A DNA stretch of 64,000 bases from Nageia nagi (taxonomy: Eukaryota > Plantae > Pinophyta), in the NCBI GenBank assembly GCA_050084985.1, contig JBITNC010000001.1, forward strand, positions 73,408,001 through 73,472,000, in the 5' to 3' direction. Every line of letters begins with the position of its first letter. The stretch's first letter is position 1. Below, piece by piece: positions 50,571 through 64,000 of the stretch. The position numbers and the translations under genes are program-made. A model generated the notes under the pieces. The model saw only the letters and a program-made list of their open reading frames with translations. It ran no database searches and was not told the DNA's origin.

Positions 50571-52798
50571 TTTGATCATGAAGTAGAGGGTATAACTTTG
50601 CAATAAGATAAAGGAAAGGGTATTCAATAAGATGGATCAGTGCATGGTCAAAATCAAAGATTGAGAATTTTTAACAATCTATTTTTGCAATTTACAAATG
50701 CATAACTTGATGATAATGTAAATTCTCTTCCAACAAATAATGTAAGTGTTATACAACCATAACCACAACAACCATTAATGCCAAGCATGTTCCTTGATAG
50801 TGATGGAACTTAGGACATCCCTTAGAATGTATTATTGTATTTATGTTTTCTTGTGTCTTTGTTTTATTTTCCATTAGTTTTTCATTGAAATTTTTTTTCT
50901 TCTTTTATGTTATTTTTCAAGTGACATCTCTCTACCTAAGTGGTGCTACTTTATTAAGGTATATTCTATATATCTCTTTTGGTTACAAGGAATTACATTA
51001 GTTTTTTAGTGATATTTTTATCTTTAGTGAGTGTTACTATTAGATTTTTTCTAAACAAGTTTAAGTGGTCTTTATTATCCCCTTCATATTTTTTAAACTA
51101 TTGCATATTTTTACTATAATATCTACGTATTAGTTGATATATATCTTTTTTTTAGGTTCGATTTCATGTTGTTGATATGCATGTAATTTTTAGGGCTTTT
51201 TAATGATCAAAGTGGACTATGCCACTTTATTTCAAGTGACTTCACTTAATTTTTAGCTTATTATTTTTTTACAAAGTCTACATTTGACGTAGGCATAAGT
51301 TTGGGGACATTTTGTTATAGGTTTTTGTAAAATTAAGACTACCTATTTTGTGATATGCTAAAATGGTTTGAAACATGTATTTTGTAATTTATTATTTATG
51401 AATTTAGCATTATTATTTTAATGAATATAGAAATATGGTTATCATGTTTCTTACTTTATTTTCTTTAGCTTATATTTACTTATTTTTGGATGTGGGTTAT
51501 GTAAGATAATTGCATTTTATTTTTTATGGTACACGTTATTTATGCTTATGAATTTTGTGATAAAAAAGACATGTATATAGACATGTATAGAGTAACATCA
51601 CTAGACCTACTCCTAGACCTCTCGATTAATGATATCATGGTCTTCTACATATGGATCCTTCTTATCCACTATCTCTTATAGTATTTGTATCTCCTAATGA
51701 TGGTATACATGTAGGAGGGCATATAAGGCCTCTATCTACTAATACCAACTAGTGACCTGTACGTGCAATGTAATGATATGAGCATATAGTGTAGCTACCT
51801 AGTCATGTAGGGCCTCCTTTTATGTATACATATCTATTAATAAAGAAAATGTAATTAGTGTTTAGTTATATATTTTTTAATTTATTTATGATATACATAT
51901 ATATAATGCATCCATCTATTCTTGATAACATTTTCACTTATTCTCGATAGCCAAAAACCCTAAAATTCTAGACCTAATTTTATTTTGATTAGTTTAACAC
52001 TCAATAATCTAGGAATGGACCAGGTGATCCACATGAGCATGTCAACACTACTAGTTAGTCAACACTCACATGAAAAGATTGGCTAGAATCCATATTAACC
52101 AACCCTAATCAAATCTCTTCTAGTGTTCACTCCTCAACGCTCATCCCATTGAGGATACACCTCATATGTGACCCCACCATTTCTGCTTCATGAACTATGC
52201 AACAAAAATTTTGGACATGACATAGTGGTTTCCTACTCGGGTCCATATCACCTGAGAGAACACACATCCACTAGGTTATGCATACTCACCTGATGATAAC
52301 CTTCTGATTGATAGGAGTAGATAGTTTGTCCTAGGAAAACTTCCTTATGAGTGGGTAATGTCATTGCTTATGGAATAGTTATCATACTCCTATTTACTAA
52401 ACTAAAAGTAGTATGAATACTAAATTACCCTCACCCAGTAACCATAGTTTTGTCAACTACAACCTTCATCTGGTAGCCTATCAAGTATATGAGACACTAG
52501 CCTTCCCATACCTATTGGCTAGGCTCACCATGGGGTCTAGCATCCCCATGCTAATATCTTGGGGAGCTATGGGTATTGAAGTAATACCCTCAAGTGGTTT
52601 ATATATTCTTATTAATTTTAAGTATAATTATAAAATAATACCATCCATATTCTATCAATCCTAAAATAATTGAGTCCCAATTCAATTATTAGGGTTACCA
52701 ATATCGTATGCAAGAAGATTCAATAATAAGCTTATTTAGGAAGTTGCACAAGATGTTTTTAGGTACTACAATTATCCCATATGAATGGTACTACATAT

Positions 52799-53595
52799 TA
52801 TCAGGATACTTACAACCATAACATTCGATTTAGAAGCATAAAGTAACACATCCATACACTCAAATAAGGGTTTATGGGTATTTTAATAGTGAAGTTCAAA
52901 GCTCCCCCAATATAGGATATATGACCAAGAAGGTCAATAATACATGCATAATGATTCATCCCAAGAATAATGTAATAAGAGTCACTCATGCTATTAAAGT
53001 ATTTCCAACCCTTTTCCACTAGAACTATATTGCTGCAAGCAAGTAGAACACATACAAAGGTTATGATAAGTATTAACAATAATTATGTTATTATTTTAAT
53101 TAATTTTGCTAAGTATAAAAGTATGTTTTTTTTGTGTTTGTTTAAGTATTACAAGCATGCTTTTGCCAAATTACCACATTGCATTCCATGAAACATTTTC
53201 TACATCATCAATCTTGTCAAATGATTTTTAGGCCTTGTGTATTGTTCCATATTTTTCATACATGTATATCAAGGTATTCACAACCATAATATTCGATGTA
53301 AGACCATTTTCAACTACTCTTTGATGGATGTCCATACCTTCTTCTAGAGCTCCCATGGTGGGAGATGATGGAAGAATGCTATCAAAGGTTACAAAGTTTG
53401 GATTTATATCTAACAATTACATCTAATTAAAGGTATCTATAACATTTAAATAAAACCATTTTATGCATATCCTATGATCATTGAATTCCATGAAATTGTG
53501 TCTACATCATGCATCTTATTAGATAATTTTTGGGCTTTTTGTATTCCTCTGTATTTTTCATACATTCCTTTTAGGGAATTAACAATCATAAAATT
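52799..53595 (-). pseudogene. PLS-class PPR gene fragment, copy 2
   Basis: ORFs 52810-53079 and 53228-53416 are near-identical to copy 1. Confidence 0.9.
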
Positions 53596-53895
53596 CAATG
53601 AAATGATATAAATAAACCAACATATGATATGAAACCTCATGAAGTGATAGAATAATTAAATATGTTATCTAAAATCTACAAGAATAATAGTCCATGAAAC
53701 TGTACCTACATCATGCATCTTCCATATTTTGTATTCATGTCTATCATATTTTATGTTCCATTACAATTTTTTAAAAAGTACTTCTTGGGTGTGTGGATGT
53801 GTCTACTTGGTTATTATGTCATGACATAATTAAAATACACCTTTTAAGTATTTGAAATGCAATATTTATTTAAGTGATTTATTATTATTTTATTA

Positions 53896-54125
53896 GGGGA
53901 AAGCTATTCTACCTCAAAATTGGAGCATATACACCTCGAGTATATAGCTTAAAATGGTCGAACCAAAAATCCATGTTGCTTGCATACTAGCGGGTAATTG
54001 GGTCGAGGAAGGAAAATTTGTAGATGGATGGTCCTAATTCATCTCGCATGATGCAATTTTGGTTATTTTTGAGCTATATACTTTAGGCGTATATGTTCAA
54101 ATTTGGAGGTAGGATAGCTTCATCC
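53896..54125. mobile_element. Mutator-like MITE, duplicate
   Basis: Same TIRs; TSD ATTTTATTA/ATTTTATTG. Confidence 0.88.
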
Positions 54126-54881
54126 ATTTTATTGTGCACTCTTACTACCATCATAATTTATTGATAATAGGTTTTCTAGAAGATAAGCCTAACAAGGTGT
54201 CTTGGAATAGATAAGCTCAAGAAGTTGTATTGACATTAGAAATTGATAAGCCCAATGTAAACTTCTTGGCATAGGCCTATTGTTTATAAAGTAAGGGAAG
54301 GGTTGTGCATCATGTATCATGACATAATCTGGATCCTTGAGAGGTGATACATATATTGGTTCTATTGATAGGTATTTCTCAACACCACCTATCACATATA
54401 TATTTTGTTATACTTCAGAAATACTAAATCCTTGCAATCTTTCGATCCATCATGCACATGCAATCTAGCTTTGGAGAAGAATCCTAAATGATGAATTAAG
54501 GTTTTGATATTTTCTACATGATATGTCGACCAACTATGCTCCATCTTGAGTGATGATGCTTTGCAAAGGTTATGTCTAGTGGTCCCATTTATGGGAATAA
54601 TTTGTCATTGAATTCTTTGAGATAACTGTGAGCTATGATCCTTGTGATAGGTAAACTAATAAGTTTGTAAGTTCATTTGAATATATATTTGATAGGTTAA
54701 GGTTAATTGAACATCATGGATTATTATCATATTCATATTGAATTACTTTAGTCAGTAATATGACTATGATATTTGAATTTCACTATTTTTAGTTGTAATT
54801 CAATATTATAATTAACCAAAAATTAATTAATTTGGTTATAACAATTGGTGAACCCAACATTTTTTTCAAAACATCATTTTT

Positions 54882-56005
54882 GGGAAAATATATAAAATAC
54901 CCTTATAATTTCACCTAATATAAAAATACCCCTATTTTTTTATAAATATCCAAAATACCCTTTATCTATTTTGCTCATCTCATAGATGTATTTGGACAAC
55001 CTAATGTTGCGCAACTAGAATTAGAGATCGAGCTATGGTATAATGGATTGTATAGAATCCTACATTCCCATGTTCATGGAACCAACTACATGTTTTTCAT
55101 GTTGTTTCATACTTCTATCATTATACTACTCTAGCATTCTTATGATTATGGGACAAATATAGCATGTCTAGCCTAATGCCTTTGACTCTTAGCTCCATAT
55201 CTAGCTTAGTGTTCAGTTATTGGTGAAGTTATTCTATTTTGCTTTGGTTTATTTGAGATGTGCTTAATGATATGTGTGAGTGTAGCATTCTATTGTTCAA
55301 GAATTTGAATTTGTGGCTACTCAAGATTGGTGCCTATGTAATGCAAAGCCACATGATAGTACTCATGTATTGTCTATGCTTATACTTACTTCGATGAGTG
55401 AAGACTGGCATGACTAGAATAATAAAAAAACCAAATCATGATAACATTAGATTCTTTAACTATGCTCTTATAAAATTGTGATTAGAGTTTTAGTGCTTTT
55501 CTTGGTATTTGACAACCTTCACTTATTTTTGTTTACTGGGTTTTTTGTATTTGAAAAACCTTGCACTATAATGTTCTTTGGAGAATACAAAATTTTACAA
55601 CCTTAATGTTTTTGTTGTGCATGGGGTTTCATGGGCTCATGAGCGTACGATAGAATAAGAAAGGGTAAATGGTATCTCTTTACAAAATTTGATACAATTA
55701 TGAAGAATAACATTTGTATTCATGTGACTATCCATGTTATGGATAAAGAAAGAGGGTATTAGTAAGCCTTCCATAATAACCTACTCCAAGTAGCTCCATT
55801 CTATAAGAAGTCATGGCTCCATAACTAATTCTTTTCATGTGGCATCTACTTGGGTAGAGGGTTGCTTTTGAATCCATATTTGAGGTCAAATTGAACAAAG
55901 GTTATATATCAGGGGTATTTTTGATATTTGGGAAAAAGTAGGGGTATTTTCGATATTACTCAAATTACAAGGGTATTTTAGATATTCCCCCCCCCCCCCC
56001 CCCCC
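54882..56005. mobile_element. Non-autonomous Mutator-like element, duplicate
   Basis: Same TIRs and poly-C end as 47194-48315. Confidence 0.8.
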
Positions 56006-59000
56006 ATTTTTTTTTTCTTTTGATCCACTAGTTGTGCCAAAATCCCTAGAGTTTTTGGATAGGATCAATATTATATCTTAAGTATTACAAAAATGGATAT
56101 AATTCATAATCAAGTTGTCCCTAAGTGTCATGTTACTAGACCAAATAAGAAAAGAATAAGAAGGAATTATGCTTGTAACATGCCTCAAAGATAAAGTCAA
56201 CATGAAAATTATATTATCATGAATAATATGATACTGCATCACAAAAATATTATCATTCAGAGGATAAAGGTGATATAAAGGAAGAGGATAATCAAATTCA
56301 TTCAAGGGTTAGCATGGAAAATGTGGGATCTAAAATAGATAATAACAAGATTGTGAAGTAGTAAATTTGCAAGTTTATGGACTAGTTCTAACCAAATCAA
56401 AGTCACTTCCAAATTATAGGATATTATTTGTTGATAAGTAAAATTACCATTATGTTCTTCAAGTATTGGAAGAGGTACCTCTTGATCTTGAGCATTTGCT
56501 AAGAGATACTTTGGAGACTAATCTTGAGTATTTAAAATAAATAATAATGATCCATAAAAGTAGAAATAATACCCTAACATCTTATCATCTGACATATAGA
56601 TACTTTGAGTTACCTAAATGAATTACACCCTTGCATTTTTAAATACCTATGATAGTTGTAGAATCATAAGTAGAAATGATGGTTCTCAAGGTTCCTAAGC
56701 TAAATGAATAAATTATATTACATATAACATTCCATTACCAAGAGATGATGCTCCATTGAGTGACAATGCTCCACCAATATTACAACCATTTAAAAAACAT
56801 AATTGAAGATATACATGATGAAGGAAAGTTTAAATTTGATCATGAAGTAGAGGGTATAACTTTGCAATAAGATAAAGGAAAGGGTATTCAACAAGATGGA
56901 TCAGTGCATGGTCAAAATCAAAGATTGAGAATTTTTAACAATCTATTTTTGCAATTTACAAATGCATAACTTGATGATAATGTAAATTCTCTTCCAACTA
57001 ATAATGTAAGTGTTATACAACCATAACCACAACAACCATTAATGCCAAGCATGTTCCTTGATAGTGATGGAACTTAGGACATCCCTTAGAATGTATTATT
57101 GTATTTTATGTTTCTTGTGTCTTTGTTTTCTTTTACATTAGTTTTTCTTGCTGATAAATTTTTTATTGAAATTTTTTTGCTTCTTTTATGTTATTTTTCA
57201 AGTGACATCTCTCTACCTAAGTGGTTCTACTTTATTAAGGTATATTCTATATATCTCTTTTGGTTATAAGGAATTACATTAGTTTTTTAGTGATATTTTT
57301 ATCTTTAGTGAGTGTTACTATTAGATTTTTTCTAAACAAGTTTAAGTGGTATTTATTATCCCCTTCATATTTTTAAACTATTGCATATTTTTACTATAAT
57401 ATCTACGTATTAGTTGATATATATCTTTTTTTTAGGTTCGATTCCATGTTGTTGACATGCATGTAATTTTTAGGGCTTTTTAATGATCAAAGTGGATTAT
57501 GCCACTTTATTTCGAGTGACATCACTTAATTTTTAGCTTATTATTTTTTTAACAAAGTCTACATTTGACCTAGGTATAAGTTTGGGGACATTTTGTTATA
57601 GGTTTTTGTAAAATTAAGACTACCTATTTTGTGATATGCTAAAATGGTTTGAAACATGTATTTTGTAATTTATTATTTGTGAATTTAGCATTATTATTTT
57701 AATGAATATAGAAATATGGTTATCATGTTTCTTACTTTATTTTCTTTAGCTTATATTTACTTATATTTGGATGTGGGTTATGTAAGATAATTGCATTTTA
57801 TTTTTTATGGTACACGTTATTTATGCTTATGAATTGTGTGATAAAAAAGACATGTATATATTCATAACATAAATTTATACATGTATAAGATCAATGAATA
57901 TATATATACTTGGGAATGTTGGTATAGAGTAACATCACTAGACCTACTCCTAGACCTCTCAATTGATGATATCATGGTCTTCTACATATGGATCCTTCTT
58001 CTCCACTATCTCTTATAGTATTTGTATCTCCTAATGATGGTATACATGTAGGAGAGCATATAAGGCCTCTATCTACTGATACCAACTAGTGACCTGTACA
58101 TGTAATGTAATGATATGAGCATATAGTGTAACTACCTAGTCATTTAGGGCCTCCTTTTATGTATACATATCTATTAATAAAGAAAATGTAATTAGTGGTT
58201 AGTTATATATTTTTTGATTTATTTATGATATACATATATATATATTGCATCCATCTATTCTTGATAAAATTTTCACTTATTCTCGATAGCCAAAAACCCT
58301 AAAATTCTAGACCTAATTTTATTTTGATTAGTTTAACACTCAATAATCTAGGAATGGACCAAGTGATCCACATGAGCATGTAAACACTGCTAGTTAGTCA
58401 ACACTCACATGAAAATATTGGCTAGAATCCATATTAACCAACCCTAATCAAATCTCTTCTAGTGTTCACTCCTCAATGCTCATCCCATTGAGGATACACC
58501 TCATATATGACTGCACCAATTCTGCTTCATGAACTATGCAACAAAAATTTTGGACATGACATAGTGGTTTCCTACTCGGGGTCCATATCACCTGAGAGAA
58601 CACACATCCATTAGGTTATGCATACTCACCTGATGATAACCTTCTGATTCATAGGAGTAGATAGTTTATCCTAGGGAAACTTCCTTATGAGTGGGTAATG
58701 TCATTGCTTATGAAATAGTCATCATACTCCTATCTACTAAAATACAAGTAGTATGAATACTAAATTACCCTCACCTAGTAACCATAGTTTTGTCAACTAC
58801 TACCTTCATCTAGTAGCCTATCAAGTATATGAGACACTAGCCTTCCCATACCTATTGGCTAGGCTCACCATGGGGTCTGGCATCCTCGTGCCAATATCTT
58901 GGGGACCCATGGGTATTGAAGTAATACCCTCAATTGGTTTATATATTCTAATTAATTTTAAGTAGGATTATAAAATAATACCATCCATATTCTATTAATC

Positions 59001-60879
59001 CTAAAATAATTGAGTCCTAATTCAATTATTAGGGTTACCAATATCATATGCAAGAAGATTCAATAATAAGCTTATTTAGGAAGTTGCACAAGATGTTTTC
59101 AGCTACTATAATTATCCCATATGAATGGTACTACATATTTAATACTACTTTATAAAAATTCTCATGCGAAAGTCTAGTAACATGCCTTGAGATGACACTA
59201 AAGTCAACTACTTTTAAAAAGGAAGTACGATGTAAAGTGGTCCATAGTTAAGGTATATTCTTTTGAATTATTATTTAGCAAGTATGAGTTGGACTAACAA
59301 ATATTCCATATCATTTTCCTAAAACATTCCAAAATTTCTCTTTTTAAGTTGATTATGTCATATTAGGGTTTATCCTATAATTTGGATCATTCTTGAAATT
59401 TAATTGCAACCTTCGTTGATAGATCCATTATTTATTTAGGACTATAATAGGGTTTACCATCGAACCCATGTATTAAAAGTTGAACAACTATTCCTAGAAA
59501 TATCATTGATCTCAATCATATTATAAATCTTCCCTCTTTCCTCTTTTTGTTTAGTGACACTCATTAAGAGTATTAAATGTCTCTTATCTTATCATCATTA
59601 GGCTAATCCAGTGATCTATTCATGATAGAATTAATTGATTAGTCTCATCACTATGATAAAATGGACTTCCCAAAAACATATTAAAATTAAAGGAAAATAA
59701 TAAATTACACTCCTTCACTTTTAAAAAGATAAATGGTATCAAGCCATCACATGCAATATGTCAAATAAAACAAATAGCATGTCCTTAAAATAAAAGAGAG
59801 ATTAATATCATCAATTAACATTTTGTAAACCTTCATTAAACATTCCTTTTCTTATAACATACTAAATAACACCAAAGAAATCCATAATTTAACTAGGCAT
59901 TTTAGCTTTAGTATCTAAAATGCAAGGGCATGCACCTAAGCTTGAGGGAAGGGAATCTCTTTCTCCATGGGACTCTATTCAAATTTGAGAAAAATAATAT
60001 GATATGAGATAGTAGTAGTGTAGTGATGATTTTTCCTAAGGTTCCACCCTCTTTTTATAGCCAAGGTGGATAGAATATTTCCAAATAAATGTCTACTCAT
60101 CCCCTTTAATAATTTTTTTGTGGGGAAGATGTAAGTATTTTATTTTTTTATGTGGTGGGTCTAAATTAAATTTGTTGGCAAGTGTGGTATCATAAAATAT
60201 TTTGGACTCTTTTATATTAGCTTACAAATTGAAGCCAATTATTTCCTACACCTAACACAAAGAAACAAGGTAGATGGGGATCCTATGTCAATTATTTTCA
60301 CAACCTAACAAAATACCCTTGTAACATCCATAAAATGATAATAGTCCTTTTAACTATCAATTTTGATTTTCACCCCATTTTTACTAAAAACCTTGAGTAA
60401 AAAATTAAATTCAAAAGAATAGAATATTCCTTATCTCTTTCGAAATAAGTTTTGAAAATATACATAAGGGTTTTCACACTCATTTTTACCTATGGTGATC
60501 CCTTCGTCCTACATGGTAAAGTCATTAGTGCACAAACACACATTCATTATCAAAATCGATAATCATGTTTAATAATTATGTCATGCATCTATATGATATA
60601 CGATGGTCATTAGGGTTTGTCAGAGAACCAACGCTAATTATTTCCTCACTTTTACCCTTCCGTTCCTATCACAAACTCACCCTTGGTCCCTTAGGTCTTT
60701 ATCTGCACTTTCCATCTCGAGTCAACTTGTAACCTATATCATAAAATATCAAAGCTAATATCAAAATGAAATAAATATAGCATATCTCTATTCAAAATTA
60801 GTCATCATATAACATAATTCAAACTTAATCTCATTATAATCCTCGATGGTACTCTAGTCTTAATAGTGTAATTGGTGGG

Positions 60880-62268
60880 TCGTTACAATATATGTGTAAC
60901 TAACAAGGAGGTGAAGAAAGGTATACTTATGGTGGATGCAAGTGGTGTAGGTGTAACATGGGATAATGAAGCTTCAACAAGATCTGTGGCCTTGATAGGT
61001 GTTCCTCAGAATTCTCCCCCCATGCTTAACATTTCTATATCCTACATAGCCTCCTCCTCATCCTCTTCTTCCTCCTCCTTCTCCTCTTCATCCTCTTTTT
61101 CATCCTCTCTCTCCTCTTCCTCTAATCCTTGATGGATGTATCATACACTATGCCATCATATATGATACTCTCATGTATGCTAATGATGTATCCTCAAGCT
61201 CAATATAGTTGGATGCCACTCTTGAATAACTAGGTGCCTTGGGAGCATAAGTCACTTATCAATGATAGTACCAGATGATAGTGGACCATACCCATGGTAT
61301 GATATATCCTATATGATACTAAATTGCCTCAAAACCCTATCCAAATGATATAAATTTGTAAAGCATGAATGGAATTGGATGTGTCATGGAGTCATACTCC
61401 ATGAGAGCTCATCATTTGACTCATCCTAAGTTAAAAGATCAAAATATGAGCCCCACACTATATCCTCTTCATCAAGGTGGTTGATGAGACATCTCCATTG
61501 CCCAAGACTACAAGGAGTGCTCACCTAATGACCAATATACGATCAAAATCAATGTGAATCCTCAAAATCATGGAAAATAACTACAAATGGATAAGAAATA
61601 TTAATATCCTCATATTCCCAAACCTATAGCAAGAATGAATGTACCATGATCTTTACCCCCTTATTCATAAAGATAAAGTTGTGAAGATATTGATATAGCT
61701 ACATCATAGTGCAAGGATCCAATGTATATCTCACTTCCTATAGGTAGATATTATAAACAATATTAATAAAATTAGTGTAAAACCATTCATGGTTCTTATC
61801 ACTATACAAGATCATATCAATAAGAATGACCATAAAAAAGTGGAACCACATAGCACTATTTGTCTCATCTAGGGATATGCATATTTTATCATGAAGGGGG
61901 GCACCCTTCTTCTTCTTCTAATATTCATGCACTCCTATGAGCTAACAATAAAAGTCCTCCATATAATCCATAAAGGGAATGTTATGTTGAAGAAGAGTAC
62001 CCTTGATGGGTACATGGAGGATCCTATGTACATCAGTGAGGGTAATGGTGATCTACCCTATTAATAAGTGAAATATGTTGGTGTCATCACATCAATGTTC
62101 TATCAAGATAGTAAGGAATTATTTATCTCTAGGAACTTTTAGGGAATGTCTTATGTGTGCAAGGCCTAAAGAATCCATATGCTCTCTCTCCTCGATAGTG
62201 AAGACATACTCATTGATGATGCTTATGGCAGGACTTCATGGCTAACACTTCATCAAATAAGCATGATC
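60880..62268 (-). pseudogene. Plant mobile domain (aminotransferase-like PMD, MAIN-like) pseudogene
   Basis: LTILIEH*CDDTNIFHLLIG*ITITLTDVHRILHVPIKG (cf. ERWxxETxTFHLPxGExTITLxDV), LL*VWEYE, IVWGSY, YHLDRVLRQF, then a Glu/Asp-rich tail. Acceptor TGTAG| at 62269. Confidence 0.85.
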
Positions 62269-63533
62269 CTACATTCACAAAGGTAATGAAAAGGTAAGAT
62301 CTTAGGTATATAATAAAAAAACTTGAAGTAGAATGTGTATTTTGACATAAAAATATGCATTTATTTTTATAAAATACACATATGAATCTATTTCATCAAA
62401 ATTTAAGTATTAGTATGTTTTATTCCTCTATTTACTGAGCAATGACATCTAACTTGGAGTGATGTTGCCTAAAAATTATCATCATTTTCTCAAAAAATTG
62501 AAAACCCACCTAGTTTTTTATATACTTTATGGTAAAAATGTATTTTATTTTCTTTCATGCATGATAAATACTACCATACATTTTCTTTTTTAAATAGCCA
62601 ATAACTTATTAACTATGCTAAAAACTAGCTTAATTTAAAAATTACTCCTCTAGAAATGTTCAATTATGAGTAAAAATAAGGAAAATGAAGAAAGTTTTGG
62701 TACCTAATGGCCCTTGCTGGAAGAATGAACAACTAAAGCCTAATGTCCTTGAATTGCCTTAGTTCATTCTTTGCCTAGAGCTCAGGATTGTAAAAATGTG
62801 AATGTATAAATAGATGATGATTTGGTATATTTATAAAGTTGATATTAAATGCTTTTCGATGACAATCATGTAGATGCACATAATATTAAATTTTGGAATA
62901 TATTTTGATGTAAACATCATAAATATGGATATACAAATTATTTTTTATTTTGTTTAACTCTTAATATGGAAGCAATGTCACTAAGGCCCAAGTGATGTAG
63001 CTAATTGCAGGTATTTTTTTTTTTTTTAAATTTAATCCCAACAATCATTGAAAGTGTTGAATTGATGAAAATTGATAATATATTGTAAATTGTTAGCATT
63101 TGTTAGAAAAATTCAAACTAGGGCAAGTTGGCCCAATTTTACAAAAATGATCATAAACATTTCATGAAAAGTAATGGTATTGATAAGTGAGAATGCATGT
63201 TCACTTGTTCTTGATTTTTTTAGAATATTCAATTCAAAATTTAGAGTATTTCTATAAAAAAATATTGAGTGGCACTGCTTAGGATATGATGCTTTTTTTA
63301 AAAAATATTTGATATAGGGGATTCGTAAGAGGTTCATCATGGCTTATGATGCTGATATTAATGGTTTTTATGATATGATTGATACATAGAAGTTGATCTT
63401 GGCCAATGCATGTAACTAAATAATGTACACCAAGCTTAGCTTTCTTAAGATATGATTAATGATTTAGGGGTTGTTCTTGATCAATGCATGCAATTGGGTG
63501 GTGTACATCAGGTTGAGATTTTGAAATATAATT

Positions 63534-63777
63534 ATTGGTAAGACCTTATTAGTAAGTTGAAGTAACAAGTCCTTCTCAAAAGGGGAGGCAATTTATTAGT
63601 AATCCCTCATAAATAAGTTGAGGTAAAAAGTTTTTCTCAAAAGGGTAGGTAATTTATTAGTAAGCCTTCATCAATAAGTTGAGGTATAAAGTCCTTCTCA
63701 AAAGGGGAGATAATTTATCAGTAAGTCCTCATCATTAAGTTGAGGTAGCAATTCCTTCTCAAAAGGGGAGGTAATTT
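63534..63777. repeat. 4 x 61-bp tandem repeat
   Basis: Units start at 63534, 63595, 63656 and 63717; core TAAGTTGAGGTA...TTCTCAAAAGGG. Confidence 0.92.
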
Positions 63778-64000
63778 GATTCCATATTTGATTCCTTTTT
63801 CCAAGTTAAGATACATTGAAATGAAATTTAATGTCTATATTTAAGATATTATATGTAGAAATAGTTTGTTGTTTTGAGATAATTACAAGTTCATTTAGTC
63901 TTAATCTTTGGTTATTTCTATGATAAATCCTTCACATTCAAAACAAAGCTAAAAAGGGGTCAATATATTGGTAAAATCTAAAGGAACAAGCCTACTAAGC

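Larger units (their letters stand above)
46500..51580 (+). mobile_element. Gag-only non-chromoviral gypsy-type element (LTR outer limits uncertain)
   Basis: LTR end TATAACA at 47153, PBS TGGTGAACCCAAC at 47156, gag remnant, PPT-like GGGGAC at 51303, LTR start TGTTATA at 51313 (inverse of TATAACA). No pol found between. Confidence 0.6.
45113..52798. repeat. Tandem segmental duplication, copy 1 (7,686 bp)
   Basis: Colinear, high-identity match to 52799-59139. Confidence 0.95.
52799..59139. repeat. Tandem segmental duplication, copy 2 (1,430-bp internal deletion)
   Basis: Same order of PPR, MITE, PBS and MULE. The deletion joins AATA 49082-49085 to AATA 50512-50515 at 56776-56779. Confidence 0.95.

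Noticed and set aside
60872-61132. Ser-rich plus-strand ORF
   Set aside because: It is the antisense shadow of the Glu/Asp-rich tail of the minus-strand PMD pseudogene.

Overview
AT-rich, repeat-dense plant nuclear DNA. The style (very long introns packed with nested LTR elements) suggests a gymnosperm, which is an inference. One host gene is supported: the last three coding exons of a calcineurin-like metallophosphoesterase on the + strand (26342-26505, 36200-36376, 36472-36691). It has a 9.7-kb intron, and an apparent >26-kb upstream intron covering the first part of the window. That part is a three-level nest. Element A (<1-19979) carries a long degenerate ORF of unknown function. The ORF is interrupted by element B (2900-9668; TGTTG...CAACA ends, 5-bp TSD) and by a full-length decayed Ty1/copia (9820-17772; 500-bp LTRs, TSD ACAAC). 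A and B look like giant LTR-type units with no gag/pol, PBS or PPT. Each holds TATA, a putative leader intron, a homologous ORF, a second TATA and a conserved terminus, and B adds a ~183-bp tandem array. This apparent 'gene inside an LTR' is the most unusual feature. Downstream of the host gene are a minus-strand Tat/Ogre-type pol remnant fused to a PPR fragment, and a 7.7-kb head-to-tail duplication. The duplicated unit contains the PPR fragment, two Mutator-like elements and a gag-only element with a tRNA-Trp PBS. A plant-mobile-domain pseudogene and small tandem repeats follow. No rRNA, intact tRNA or CRISPR array was found.
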